From Enterobacter phage EC151: a stretch of 60,753 bases of DNA. Made by a program: the position numbers and the translations under genes. The notes beneath the pieces were generated by a model that made no database searches, had not been told where the DNA came from, and saw only the letters and a list, made by a program, of their open reading frames with translations. The stretch is from sequence record MW464860.1; one strand, written 5' to 3'. Within the stretch, counting starts at the first letter, position 1. The number at the start of each line of letters is the position of its first letter. Positions 18,638 through 28,148 of this stretch are shown here, piece by piece.

Positions 18638-19555
18638 TTATTTACCGTAGTAAGGAGCCATTTCGTAAAGTGAACACGCCTGAATCTGTTCGTCCGTAGT
18701 GATAACTTTATTCACTTGCGGGTTATGACATCGCCACGTTCCGTCTTCATGCGCTCTTGCAAATACGCAAGTTCGGCAGCTAACGACTGGCAATTCGCCT
18801 CGGTAACAGTGATCAGCATAGTCGCACATTTTACATTCGAACCAGCTCGCGCCTTTAGTGCTAAGCCCGACAGGTGGTTCATGCGCTAATACAATTTTAT
18901 GACCGCGATCGATAAACTGATCGGCTACTGCCACATCTAGAGCAATAAGCTCACAGTATAACTCGTCAGTATTTTTATTAACAGCAATATATAGACAAGC
19001 CCCTAGAGCCATTTTACGCATATAGACTTGAATCTGAGCATAATGCGTAGGCTTAGATGCTCGCATACCTTCTTTCTTCAGTTTAACGAAACTCTTTTCA
19101 CCATGAGTTTTCATTTCTGTAAGAACAGGAGTTTCAGGGTTCGGCATGTCAGGACAGCCAACAACCACGCCATCAATTGCGGAACCGAAATGACCGCCTA
19201 GTTCGCTAATACGAAATTGATTACCTTCCGCGTCTTGCTGCCAGACTTTAAAGCCCGCAGTTAACAGCATAGCAATGAAACGACCTTCCTCCATGTGTCC
19301 GCGGTTAAACAGGCGCAGAATACGACCGCTATGCTTAGGACGAACTACCCAACGGAATTGGAAGAACAATTTACGGGCGCAAGGGTCGCCGATCGTGGAT
19401 ACCCCAAGGTGAGAGCGTCGTCCTGTTCGAGGATCAAAAGCGTCGCTAATAGTTGGTATAACTCTACCCAGCCATTCACGATATTTAGAGCCCTGATCTT
19501 CTTCGATTTTAGCATCAATCAAGTCTCTTGTTTTTTCTGCTAAGTAAATAGGCAT
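18638..19555 (-). CDS. PD-(D/E)xK nuclease, Cas4/RecB-like, with a 4-Cys Fe-S cluster motif
   Basis: Core D...E.K motif (AIDGVV ... LTEMKT). One N-terminal Cys plus a C-terminal C-x2-C-x5-C (CKMCDYADHC), as in Cas4/AddB nucleases. Confidence 0.65.
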   Translation of the reverse strand: MPIYLAEKTRDLIDAKIEEDQGSKYREWLGRVIPTISDAFDPRTGRRSHLGVSTIGDPCARKLFFQFRWVVRPKHSGRILRLFNRGHMEEGRFIAMLLTAGFKVWQQDAEGNQFRISELGGHFGSAIDGVVVGCPDMPNPETPVLTEMKTHGEKSFVKLKKEGMRASKPTHYAQIQVYMRKMALGACLYIAVNKNTDELYCELIALDVAVADQFIDRGHKIVLAHEPPVGLSTKGASWFECKMCDYADHCYRGELPVVSCRTCVFARAHEDGTWRCHNPQVNKVITTDEQIQACSLYEMAPYYGK

Positions 19556-19612
19556 TACATCATCCTTAGAGAAAAATAGCGCCCGGAGGCGCTATTAGTT
19601 AGTGGGCGGGTA

Positions 19613-20608
19613 TTAAGCGGTCGGTTGCTGCCATGGCGGCACAGCAGCCTGGGCTGGATGCGGTGGCTCTGCCGGAGCAACTGGCGCGGCGTTGGCTGCT
19701 GGCTGCTGAGGTGCAGGGGTAGCAGTTTGCGTCTGCCATGGTGCCGGAGCAGCAGGAGCAACCGGGGCGGCAGGTTGTTCAGCTACTGGGGCAGGTGCAG
19801 CTGGAGCAGCAGGAGCCGCTGGCGCTACTGGGGCAGGTTGCTGAGCCAGACGAGCCTGTTCTGCTTCCCATGCCAACTGTTCAGCTGATTTCTCAGGTTG
19901 AGCAGGAGCAACTGGCGCCGCTGGTGCTGCCGGGGCTGCTGGTGCTACTGGAGCGGCTGCCGCTGGCTGTTCCCACGGTTGAGTAGGAGCGGCTGCTGGT
20001 TGGGTCCACGGCTGGGCCGGGGCCGCGGCAGGTGCTACTGGGGCAGCAGGCGCAGCTGGTGCAGGAGCCACAGGAGCGCTAGGAGGCACAGGAGCAGATG
20101 GAGCAGCCGGGGCAGCTGGCGCGGCAGGAACAGCACCAGGAAACGGCGTTGCAGGAGCAGAGGCAGCACCAGGAGCAGCACCAGGTTGAACAGCCAGAGC
20201 ACGTTGAACGGAGATCGGGTCATAACCATTGGGCTGGTTACGATCTTCGTAGTCAGAGCCTTCCGGCGCTTTTTCGATCTTCAGTTTGATGTGGAATGGT
20301 TTATTGTGAAGCTCTTCAGTCTGATTCCAGCGCGGGTGGCCGCAAGCCAGAGACAGAGCTGCCAGCTGTTCAAAACCGATACGCACGGCTTCAGGGTTGG
20401 AGTTAACAACGTTATAGCCCAGGAACACTTTGCGACCTTTAGCAAAAGGAGGCGCGGTAATTTCTGCGGTAAAGTCCAGAGCCTGTCCGCCAGAAGAAGT
20501 AGTGCGAGACTTAGACTCGATCAGAACTGCCTGATACCAGCCTTTAGGTAGCGCATCAAAGTTCATCGCGCTGGCATGTTGAGTTGCATCAAATTGGAAT
20601 TGAGCCAT
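19613..20608 (-). CDS. SSB-like recombination partner protein with a roughly 200-aa Pro/Ala-rich low-complexity tail
   Basis: It has a globular N-terminal domain of about 140 aa followed by PAAPAAP-type repeats. It lies directly upstream of the Sak4-like ATPase, the cognate-SSB position. Confidence 0.5.
   Translation of the reverse strand: MAQFQFDATQHASAMNFDALPKGWYQAVLIESKSRTTSSGGQALDFTAEITAPPFAKGRKVFLGYNVVNSNPEAVRIGFEQLAALSLACGHPRWNQTEELHNKPFHIKLKIEKAPEGSDYEDRNQPNGYDPISVQRALAVQPGAAPGAASAPATPFPGAVPAAPAAPAAPSAPVPPSAPVAPAPAAPAAPVAPAAAPAQPWTQPAAAPTQPWEQPAAAAPVAPAAPAAPAAPVAPAQPEKSAEQLAWEAEQARLAQQPAPVAPAAPAAPAAPAPVAEQPAAPVAPAAPAPWQTQTATPAPQQPAANAAPVAPAEPPHPAQAAVPPWQQPTA
19640..20200. repeat. GC-rich imperfect tandem repeat (GCNGCNCCN-type, encoding PAAPA)
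   Basis: Visible repetition of gcagctgg/gcaggagc units. It explains several spurious antisense ORFs in the track. Confidence 0.7.
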
Positions 20609-21342
20609 TATTGTTTACCTTCAGATTTGATCTTGTTAATGATATAACCCAGGTGAGGGTACTCGAACTCAGCGAGCGCTCCTGACCGATCTTTCGCGCT
20701 ATCACTCAAACCAGGTTGAGTTTGCAACACGCGAGCCTTACCGCCATTTGCATCTGGCATGATGTTGTAACGGAATACTTCATCAAACAGATATGGCAGA
20801 GCTGGCCCTAACTGCTGACCTGGCATTTTAGGCCCCCAAAGAAATTGACCTGTTACTTCGTCTTTTTCTTTGCCCAGCTTCGCACTCATGTAAACGTGTT
20901 TACCTGGGATATCACGAAACTTCTTGACGATTTCCAGAACCTTGTCCTGCATTTCGCCATAAGCCTTGCGCGGGTCTTTGTGCTTCGGTTTGTACTCGGC
21001 TAATACAAGCTCGCCTAATTCAGATAATGAGTCAACACCGATCGAATCGAAATGTTGTTGCATTTCAGGGTGGATGCACCACTGATAAGCGTCCTCAATA
21101 TCCTGAACCGTTTTAACTTCAATTGTCATGAAGTCAGTCACGTAAGGCATACCTGTAGGCCCAAAGATACGGTCTAAGTTCTCCTTTTTAAGGGATAACA
21201 GACCACCTTCAGCACTAATGATTACAGGGCGCGGTAATGTGGCCATAAGAGCAGTCTTGCCCATGCCAGATTCCGCATAGTTAATCATTTTGACACCCGA
21301 GTCGGCCACGATCTGACTTGAGTACACGACTTGAATTGCCAT
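20608..21342 (-). CDS. Sak4-like RecA-superfamily ATPase (single-strand annealing)
   Basis: Walker A YAESGMGKT, about 240 aa, and the position next to the SSB-like and nuclease genes. Confidence 0.6.
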   Translation of the reverse strand: MAIQVVYSSQIVADSGVKMINYAESGMGKTALMATLPRPVIISAEGGLLSLKKENLDRIFGPTGMPYVTDFMTIEVKTVQDIEDAYQWCIHPEMQQHFDSIGVDSLSELGELVLAEYKPKHKDPRKAYGEMQDKVLEIVKKFRDIPGKHVYMSAKLGKEKDEVTGQFLWGPKMPGQQLGPALPYLFDEVFRYNIMPDANGGKARVLQTQPGLSDSAKDRSGALAEFEYPHLGYIINKIKSEGKQ

Positions 21343-21445
21343 GTTATTACCTTTTGTCTTGGGGCGGACAGTTTAAGCGATTACCTTTTAGATCTGCAAG
21401 CCGTTTATATGGCCCGTTCACTTACTTGGTAACCACAATATATGG

Positions 21446-21781
21446 CTACAAGTTGCGTAGCTCTTTTAAATCATCCTCGGTGATATGCTTACCTTTCAAC
21501 GAGAATGCTAGTTTATTACGCATTGTAGAAAGGCGCAATATGAGATCTGACATTTCCACTTCAGGATTGGCAGACTTCGACATGCTAAACAATGCACGTT
21601 GCACGTAATGCAATTTAGCCCGCTTCAGATATTCACGAGCACACTGGCGCATCGCTTCCGGAACAGGGCGAAGTTCGTTCTTAGCAAACCAGATAGCCAG
21701 TTTTAAAGTTACAATAACATCAGGTAATTCTGCATACTCCGAGTTATTGATAACTTTATCAGCCATATCGAAGCTACTCAT
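21446..21781 (-). CDS. hypothetical protein
   Basis: ORF; the start was chosen to minimise overlap with the ligase gene. Confidence 0.4.
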   Translation of the reverse strand: MSSFDMADKVINNSEYAELPDVIVTLKLAIWFAKNELRPVPEAMRQCAREYLKRAKLHYVQRALFSMSKSANPEVEMSDLILRLSTMRNKLAFSLKGKHITEDDLKELRNL

Positions 21782-22715
21782 CGTCACCCTCCGGTGGAAG
21801 AATATCATCTTCATGTCGCCAGGACAGGAAACGCGCCTGACGAGGTTTTTCTTTTACGCCGATTGGAAAATGGCGGAATTTAACGATCATTTCATTTTCA
21901 ATCGCTTCGTGTCGCGTTTCCCAGAGATTAATGCGCTCAGCGTGGGTTAGCTTACCAGGTCCGATACGCGCATACTCGCCATTATCAAGACGGCGCACCA
22001 TAAGAGCACCAGCCATACCTTTGCCAACTTTGTTTTCCTGGTGTGTGCTTCGCTTCGTGAGTCCCTGGGCATCGGTAAAAGCCTCATTCTGATTTTCCTC
22101 TGCTTCAAATACATCAATTAAAACGCCTTCCGTATCTTCATACGGTTTACGTCTGGTATAGCCGCATTCACGCGCAGTGCTGCGACCCCATTTATATTTC
22201 GCTTCTGGGTCACGAATAATTATGCCTTCGTAACCCATATCAAGCCAGATTGCTTCTTGCTCGAGTAGTTCCTCTTCGTTATTAATTTCAACGTAAGGAA
22301 CAACCTGGAGATCTTCCAGCTCGCCTAAACTATGCTGGTATTCAATCCATGATTTAAGCATTGCATAACGTAAGCGGTAAGGCTTATCCATAACCGAAGG
22401 GGCGCAGAGATCGAAAACGTGACCAATTACCATCGGCTCGCCTTCACGTGACATTACTGCTGATACAGTTTTACGACAAAGATCGTCGTCAGTTTCTAGC
22501 CCGGCTGCGAGTTCCATGTCATAGCCCTGATAAAGAGGCTTGCTGAAATTCTCTCGCGTATAGTGGTTAGGCATCTGAGCCAGGGTGCGGGTCAGTAAAG
22601 TGCCAAACGGATTGAGGCCACGAACTCCATCAATCTTAGGCATAGCCCAACACGGATACTTCTGCTTTGACAGATCGGTATCACATGCCCGGTAGGCCCG
22701 GAATTGTTTAGCCAT
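21774..22715 (-). CDS. ATP-dependent DNA ligase
   Basis: Motif I KIDG (AMPKIDGVRG), EGIIIRD, and the KYKWGRSTAR-type motif V. Confidence 0.85.
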   Translation of the reverse strand: MAKQFRAYRACDTDLSKQKYPCWAMPKIDGVRGLNPFGTLLTRTLAQMPNHYTRENFSKPLYQGYDMELAAGLETDDDLCRKTVSAVMSREGEPMVIGHVFDLCAPSVMDKPYRLRYAMLKSWIEYQHSLGELEDLQVVPYVEINNEEELLEQEAIWLDMGYEGIIIRDPEAKYKWGRSTARECGYTRRKPYEDTEGVLIDVFEAEENQNEAFTDAQGLTKRSTHQENKVGKGMAGALMVRRLDNGEYARIGPGKLTHAERINLWETRHEAIENEMIVKFRHFPIGVKEKPRQARFLSWRHEDDILPPEGDDE

Positions 22716-23247
22716 GATTGTATCTCCTACGAGAACGCAGATAATTAGTTGAACCTTTAGGCTTCGTTACAGGCCTTTCTTCAACAGGTAAAGCGAGTAT
22801 TTCGGCGCGTTGTAAAAGCATTTGGCGCTTCGCCGCTGTATCGCAGTGATTTTGTGCCCTGGTGCGGCTGTCCGCGCCCTTTGTATGCCCCGGTACATGT
22901 TTGTAACGCAGGGTTAAGGAGTAGCGGGAAACAAGCCCCTGGACGTATGCTACCGCATCACGGTATTGTTGATTAGAAGGTATTTTCTCCCCTTTTAAGA
23001 TACCAATTGCAGTCTCACTATCAGACTGAATAAGAACATCAGACTTTGGTTTAATAAGACCGTGTTTAAAGCCGTGCCACAGTGCATTAACGATAGCCAT
23101 TGTTTCTGCTACGTTGTTATCACGAGGAGCATTAAGAGGACCTTCAAAAGCCCTGCGCCCAAGATTACCAGCTAACCATACACCATAACCGGCCGCTTTG
23201 GTCTCAGCGCAAAATGAAGCATCTGCGATTATTGTTATTGAATACAT
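22708..23247 (-). CDS. ribonuclease H
   Basis: Motifs IIADASF, VAETMAI, LIQSDSE and the HVPGHT...N..D.AA pattern of RNase HI. Confidence 0.75.
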   Translation of the reverse strand: MYSITIIADASFCAETKAAGYGVWLAGNLGRRAFEGPLNAPRDNNVAETMAIVNALWHGFKHGLIKPKSDVLIQSDSETAIGILKGEKIPSNQQYRDAVAYVQGLVSRYSLTLRYKHVPGHTKGADSRTRAQNHCDTAAKRQMLLQRAEILALPVEERPVTKPKGSTNYLRSRRRYNHG

Positions 23248-23286
23248 TTGCTTTCCAAAGGCGGCCCGAAGACCGCCGACTGATTG

Positions 23287-23721
23287 TTATTCCACGCCTT
23301 TCGGCTTGACAAATTCGAGCGAACCGCTTGCAGGTTTTGTGGTTATAACCTGGTCGAATACCTGATGCTGTTCTTCAGTCAGGTCGCGCCAGTTCTTAAT
23401 CTTCAGAGAAGGTTTACGTTCAATCAACTGATCTACGTCAATCTCTTTCTCTTTAAGCGCTGGCAGCAAGTTGGTGAGCATCGCTTCGTCTACTTCACGG
23501 CTCAGTTTATGCGTATACTTCAGCTTGTACTGATTACCGAGCTCGTGGGTATTAGTGCCTTCTTTCGGGCCAGTGAAGAACGTTTTGATAATACGGTCGC
23601 GAAGAATAGCCTCCTTCGCTTTCACTTTGGCCAGTTCCGACTTAACCTTCAGCCACTCCATGATATCTTCATTGGTAGCTTTCTGCGCTTCGTCGGCATT
23701 GAAATCAAATTCAGGTGCCAT
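23287..23721 (-). CDS. hypothetical protein (144 aa)
   Basis: ORF. Confidence 0.45.
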   Translation of the reverse strand: MAPEFDFNADEAQKATNEDIMEWLKVKSELAKVKAKEAILRDRIIKTFFTGPKEGTNTHELGNQYKLKYTHKLSREVDEAMLTNLLPALKEKEIDVDQLIERKPSLKIKNWRDLTEEQHQVFDQVITTKPASGSLEFVKPKGVE

Positions 23722-23787
23722 GATGTTTCTCCAGTTAAGTTATTGCCTACACCACTAGTATATACTGACTAGCAGCGTAGGCAAGAC

Positions 23788-24117
23788 TCAAACCACTTCG
23801 TAATAGTGAAGTACAAGACCAGAACTGTGATGTACAGTCTTGATGAATTTACGCTGCTTAGGTGAGATATCTGGCATAGTATGACCGGTACCAAATACTT
23901 CAAAGCTGCGACCTTCACAATCGATCTGCGTGTCAACAGGACGTTCAACCCACATAAACATATCACCATACTGCTCAGCGATATCGCGAATGATTGCGCC
24001 CTTAACCAGGAACATATTGAAGCTGTCGAGTCTGATCTCGTACTTGTGAATCACAGTACCTTTCGGACGCTCTGAAGACATAGGCTTATCAAAGCAGTCA
24101 GGGAGTTTATCGGCCAT
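23788..24117 (-). CDS. hypothetical protein (109 aa)
   Basis: ORF. Confidence 0.4.
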   Translation of the reverse strand: MADKLPDCFDKPMSSERPKGTVIHKYEIRLDSFNMFLVKGAIIRDIAEQYGDMFMWVERPVDTQIDCEGRSFEVFGTGHTMPDISPKQRKFIKTVHHSSGLVLHYYEVV

Positions 24118-24678
24118 TTACTTCTCCAGATGGCGTGAGCCCATGATAGGAGAACCTTCCGGTTCATACATAACAGCACAAGGACCCTCATGACCTTTAG
24201 CCCTGGAGCATTTAGCATTTTCGATAGGGGATTTATCGCAATGTTTGCTATCGGTGGAGCCGAATCCGTTAGCGCCGCGCTCGCCTTCTACTTGCACCCG
24301 GTTCACTTCTTCCAGGACTGTGAACGGACGATAGATCAGCATAGCCTGGGCAATAGCTTTACCATGAGGTTGGAGATATGTTTCATCTCCGTCGTTACGC
24401 AGACCTACCATAATAACGCCACCATAGTCCTGATCGATAACACCAGTACCGTTTACCAGCGTCACCTGGCTGTTGAAGCCCTGCCCGCTACGGCTAAACA
24501 CCAGCAAAACGTGGTCATTAGGGATTTGAGCAATCAGACCAGTGCTTACACGCTTCCATTCACCTGGTTTGATTTCTACATCTTCCAGCGCAAAGAGGTC
24601 AAAACAGGCGGAATCTTTCGTGCCACGTTTAGGCATAATAGCACGAAGATCAGTTCTTTGAATCTTTAAAGTAGGCAT
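24118..24678 (-). CDS. dut: dUTP diphosphatase with a Cys-rich C-terminal extension
   Basis: Motifs SACFDL, RSGQG, GVIDQDYGG and GERGANGFGSTD. There are about 40 extra C-terminal residues with 4 Cys. Confidence 0.8.
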   Translation of the reverse strand: MPTLKIQRTDLRAIMPKRGTKDSACFDLFALEDVEIKPGEWKRVSTGLIAQIPNDHVLLVFSRSGQGFNSQVTLVNGTGVIDQDYGGVIMVGLRNDGDETYLQPHGKAIAQAMLIYRPFTVLEEVNRVQVEGERGANGFGSTDSKHCDKSPIENAKCSRAKGHEGPCAVMYEPEGSPIMGSRHLEK

Positions 24679-25139
24679 TAGGTATAGCCTCCGGTTGTGA
24701 TAATAAAGTCCGTCGCATGAGCGCGGAATATGTCTTTGAAGTCATCAAGCGTAATAATTGCCCGTATTGCTTCACGTTTTTGATAATACTCAAACTCTTC
24801 AACGTTATGAACCCAAGGATTCATTTGAAGCATTACGGACCATTTCCGTTTGTCCTTGTATATTAACACAGGACGCTTTTTAGTCTCTGCTGCCGATGTG
24901 ATACATTGCTGCCACCAGGTGTTGAGGTTTAACTGTTCCTGGTTCTTGATCTCAAAGGCATAACCGCAAGTATTATCGAGGTCCATACCGCCAACAGCGG
25001 ACTGATTTTGACGTCGTTGGGCAATAGGTTTAGGAGGTAAAGGGATGCCAAGAATATCATGCACCTCCGCATAGATATCGTTACACCAGTTAACAATGTC
25101 TCTTTCACCGCGTTGCCCCTTTGCACGAATGTTGACCAT
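24678..25139 (-). CDS. hypothetical protein (153 aa), possible restriction-endonuclease-like fold
   Basis: ORF with a weak D-x-D...FEIK pattern. Confidence 0.4.
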   Translation of the reverse strand: MVNIRAKGQRGERDIVNWCNDIYAEVHDILGIPLPPKPIAQRRQNQSAVGGMDLDNTCGYAFEIKNQEQLNLNTWWQQCITSAAETKKRPVLIYKDKRKWSVMLQMNPWVHNVEEFEYYQKREAIRAIITLDDFKDIFRAHATDFIITTGGYT

Positions 25140-25450
25140 TACGCACCACCGTGATAATCAGGATCGATTAAGAATTCCGGTGTGTACCCGCCTTCTACAT
25201 GATCAGGGCGAACAAATTCAAACTCCCCGTCAATCTCGCCTGTCCGGACAGATTCAAAAGGACAACCGAACATTCTTTCTTTCGGGTTCCGTCCGCCTTG
25301 CTCCTGCCACCAGGCCCCGCGAACATCCGAACTTAATACGTCCATTCGAAACTCGTGGGTGACTTTGATTATAATACATTCCATATCAGGAACCTGGTTT
25401 TTCCAGCGCCATTCGAAGTAGGCATTCTGCAAACGTTGAAAAGCTGTCAT
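25139..25450 (-). CDS. hypothetical protein (103 aa)
   Basis: ORF. Confidence 0.4.
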   Translation of the reverse strand: MTAFQRLQNAYFEWRWKNQVPDMECIIIKVTHEFRMDVLSSDVRGAWWQEQGGRNPKERMFGCPFESVRTGEIDGEFEFVRPDHVEGGYTPEFLIDPDYHGGA

Positions 25451-25459
25451 GATAGCTCC

Positions 25460-27889
25460 TTACGAATCAGTGTTTGTGGTTATAGCTTTGAGGCCGTCCA
25501 GGTCTGTAATAAACCAAGCGCCCGTCTTAGCCGCAATATGAATAGGTTCACCTTCAGCTGGTGATGCTAAAGCCGCTTTATCCCCGTCAGTTAAAGGAGA
25601 TATCAACCCTTCGGAGGTAAAATCCGAAAGCACTCGCCAGAGAGCTCTACCTGGTTTTTCCCCAGAACGATTAGACTCCAAACGCGCGAGCTGTCTATAG
25701 GCCCGTTTCTGAATAGAGCTCTGTAAAAATATCTTGCGCTTCTGGTGTGGGATAAGGCGCATCTCTTGAGCGTTATCTGACAAGTCAGCAGCAAAGAAAC
25801 GCAGTATAGCATCGGCAACAGAGCGACGGATTTTCGAGTCATTGAGTTCACCAATTTCACCTGTTTTGTATTTGTCCAGCATCATCTTAACGGACGACAT
25901 TATATAAGCATAGGACCATTCAACGTGGTGGCGTTGTACTACAGGAGTATCAGGCTTTTCGAATACTGCAAACGTTCCCGCCATGCGTTCGGTCTTTTCC
26001 TGAACGCGGTTATAAATCTGACGTAACGTTTCGTCATTCATTCGCGCTTCGTTGCCCAGCTTAGTTTGCAAGAAACATTGAATCTCTTGCAACAGGTCGC
26101 GAGCTTCTTGTGACTCCTGTATTTCATAGGAGAAACCACTTTCAGCATAATTCGCCTGTGTCATGTAAATATAATGCAGGAGATTACGCAGCCATTCAGG
26201 AAATTCTAACTTTGTGTTATGGTTTCGATCGGGAGTAAATCCTTCATATACTCCGTAGTTAAAACGAGACATGAAACCGTCGGCGGCCAGCTTACCTGTT
26301 AAGTTTTTGAATAAAGATTCCAGCGTTGTTTCACCAATAACGCTAAGCGTCACAGACTTCTGGTTGGCTGTGATGTTGTTCTCTTTATTCGAGTAAGTAG
26401 CACCGCCCGCTAAAACGCCGTCGTGGGCCGCAGAGTAAGCGCTAAGCAGGAAGTTTTTACGCTCCGCCGCGGCAGGGTTGGCAGCATTGTTTAGATCTTC
26501 CAACATACCGCCGATTTCAGGAAGTATCGAGCACATATTACCGCGCTCTAATAGCTCTTTGCGCCATGCAATAGTAGAACGCATGTCGTCAGTGTTGAAG
26601 ATGTTTAAAAGCTCGTCGCCCATATCCATCATCATATTGACAATTTTACCGATACCAGAGTGCATGGCGTTTTTACCAGTACCTGAACGTGCGGCAATGA
26701 TATAATAAGCGTTCAGATGCTTGTCACGATAGCGCCAGCCTTTAGCGGTTAGCCCGGTAGCGAAAGCGAGTGCTGTGGTTATAGCAATTACCTTCACTGG
26801 TAGCTGTGACGTTGCGTAGATCCATTTTGCAATTTCCCCAATAGGGCCGGGCGGAAAATCGTATTCGGTCTTTTCAATATCAAACTCAGCATCTTTTGCG
26901 GCCAGCGATTGTTTGATCTGCGCTTGCTCGTGGGCGCTGTTAGCCATCATTGCTTCGATGTTACGACGCGACATGGCGATCAGAGCTTCAGTTGCGGCTT
27001 GCTTTTGCTGGATTTCAACTTGCAGATAAGAACGCATATTGTTGATAGTGCGAAGCAGATACTTATCATCTGCCATAATCTTATCTTTCTGCCCTGGCTT
27101 AGGTCCACGGTTAGCCAGCGGAGTCTTACGGAAAATCCGCATTACCTGCGCGTTGTTCGGAGATGCTTTTACCAGGAAGTTAATCAGCGCAGCATCGGCC
27201 TCGGACCCTGACGGATATTGCGTAGGGATAAGGCGATTGATTGGTGAGTAATACAGCGTTTCGAAGAAGTCGGAGTTCTCCCACGTCAGTATATCATTAA
27301 GCACGTCTTCATCAGTACGCACTTGAGGCATATCTTCAACCTTGATAATGATCTTAGCTTTTTCATCAAGGAATTGTGCCAGGTATTCGCAAACGCCGCG
27401 ACCGTCCGTAATGGGTGTATTTATAACCACATTACCAGTGCAGATAATAAATCGCTCCTGGCTATAACGTTCGATGCCGTAGTCAGAGGAGCGGCGACCT
27501 TCACCGTGGTTACCGTATACCCAAACATGCAAGCCTTTACCGGAGGCAGACCCTTCAGTATAGGAGCCAGCGCCCTGGGCAATCTGCCAGAACCATTGAG
27601 TGTGCTCGGGTGGCGTGTCGTCCTTAACGTCCATATCAATAACGGTAAACGGATCATCAGGAGTAAGCACAAAGCCAGGCAACATGCCTTCATTCAGCTC
27701 GCAAAGGTGCTCAGCGGTATGAAATGACATCCAGGTCTTAGGATCAGTCGGGGAGGCTTTTTCAAGCGGCATTTGATAGCCAGGGGAGTACATCGGGATC
27801 TTGTCCGCGTAGCAGACGACCCATTGTGGTGTAGCTTTAATCTCTTCAGGGAAATTATAGCCGTCAAATTCTGTTTCGAATTTCTTCAT
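25460..27889 (-). CDS. primase-helicase: archaeo-eukaryotic primase (AEP, prim-pol) domain fused to a D5-like P-loop ATPase
   Basis: AEP motifs VIDMDVKDD and SGKGLHVWV. Walker A ARSGTGKN in the middle of the protein. Confidence 0.7.
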   Translation of the reverse strand: MKKFETEFDGYNFPEEIKATPQWVVCYADKIPMYSPGYQMPLEKASPTDPKTWMSFHTAEHLCELNEGMLPGFVLTPDDPFTVIDMDVKDDTPPEHTQWFWQIAQGAGSYTEGSASGKGLHVWVYGNHGEGRRSSDYGIERYSQERFIICTGNVVINTPITDGRGVCEYLAQFLDEKAKIIIKVEDMPQVRTDEDVLNDILTWENSDFFETLYYSPINRLIPTQYPSGSEADAALINFLVKASPNNAQVMRIFRKTPLANRGPKPGQKDKIMADDKYLLRTINNMRSYLQVEIQQKQAATEALIAMSRRNIEAMMANSAHEQAQIKQSLAAKDAEFDIEKTEYDFPPGPIGEIAKWIYATSQLPVKVIAITTALAFATGLTAKGWRYRDKHLNAYYIIAARSGTGKNAMHSGIGKIVNMMMDMGDELLNIFNTDDMRSTIAWRKELLERGNMCSILPEIGGMLEDLNNAANPAAAERKNFLLSAYSAAHDGVLAGGATYSNKENNITANQKSVTLSVIGETTLESLFKNLTGKLAADGFMSRFNYGVYEGFTPDRNHNTKLEFPEWLRNLLHYIYMTQANYAESGFSYEIQESQEARDLLQEIQCFLQTKLGNEARMNDETLRQIYNRVQEKTERMAGTFAVFEKPDTPVVQRHHVEWSYAYIMSSVKMMLDKYKTGEIGELNDSKIRRSVADAILRFFAADLSDNAQEMRLIPHQKRKIFLQSSIQKRAYRQLARLESNRSGEKPGRALWRVLSDFTSEGLISPLTDGDKAALASPAEGEPIHIAAKTGAWFITDLDGLKAITTNTDS

Positions 27890-27944
27890 TTGGTGGCTGT
27901 CCTTGGACGCAGTAAGGGCGCCTATAATAGCGCCCTAAAAGGAA

Positions 27945-28148
27945 TCATTGCAACTTAACAACGTTTAAAGTCAACACGTCACCAGGGTTAACACCGAAAC
28001 GCTTGGCAACGCTGATCTCTTTGTCCATGATGTAGTCGCTTGTCATGCGGAACATTGGCGACACATTTACGAACAAACGTTCCTTAAATTTGCGCCCGTC
28101 GATCGGAGTTACTTCCATGATCAACATGTACTGAATTGGTTGTTCCAT
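27945..28148 (-). CDS. hypothetical protein (67 aa)
   Basis: ORF. Confidence 0.35.
   Translation of the reverse strand: MEQPIQYMLIMEVTPIDGRKFKERLFVNVSPMFRMTSDYIMDKEISVAKRFGVNPGDVLTLNVVKLQ

Noticed and set aside
19625-20551. Several ORFs (19625..19888, 19738..19986, 19898..20551, 20035..20229, 20098..20289) on both strands with Arg/Trp/Leu-rich translations
   Set aside because: They lie inside the GC-rich PAAPA repeat of the SSB-like gene. They are typical out-of-frame and antisense artefacts of repetitive GC-rich DNA.
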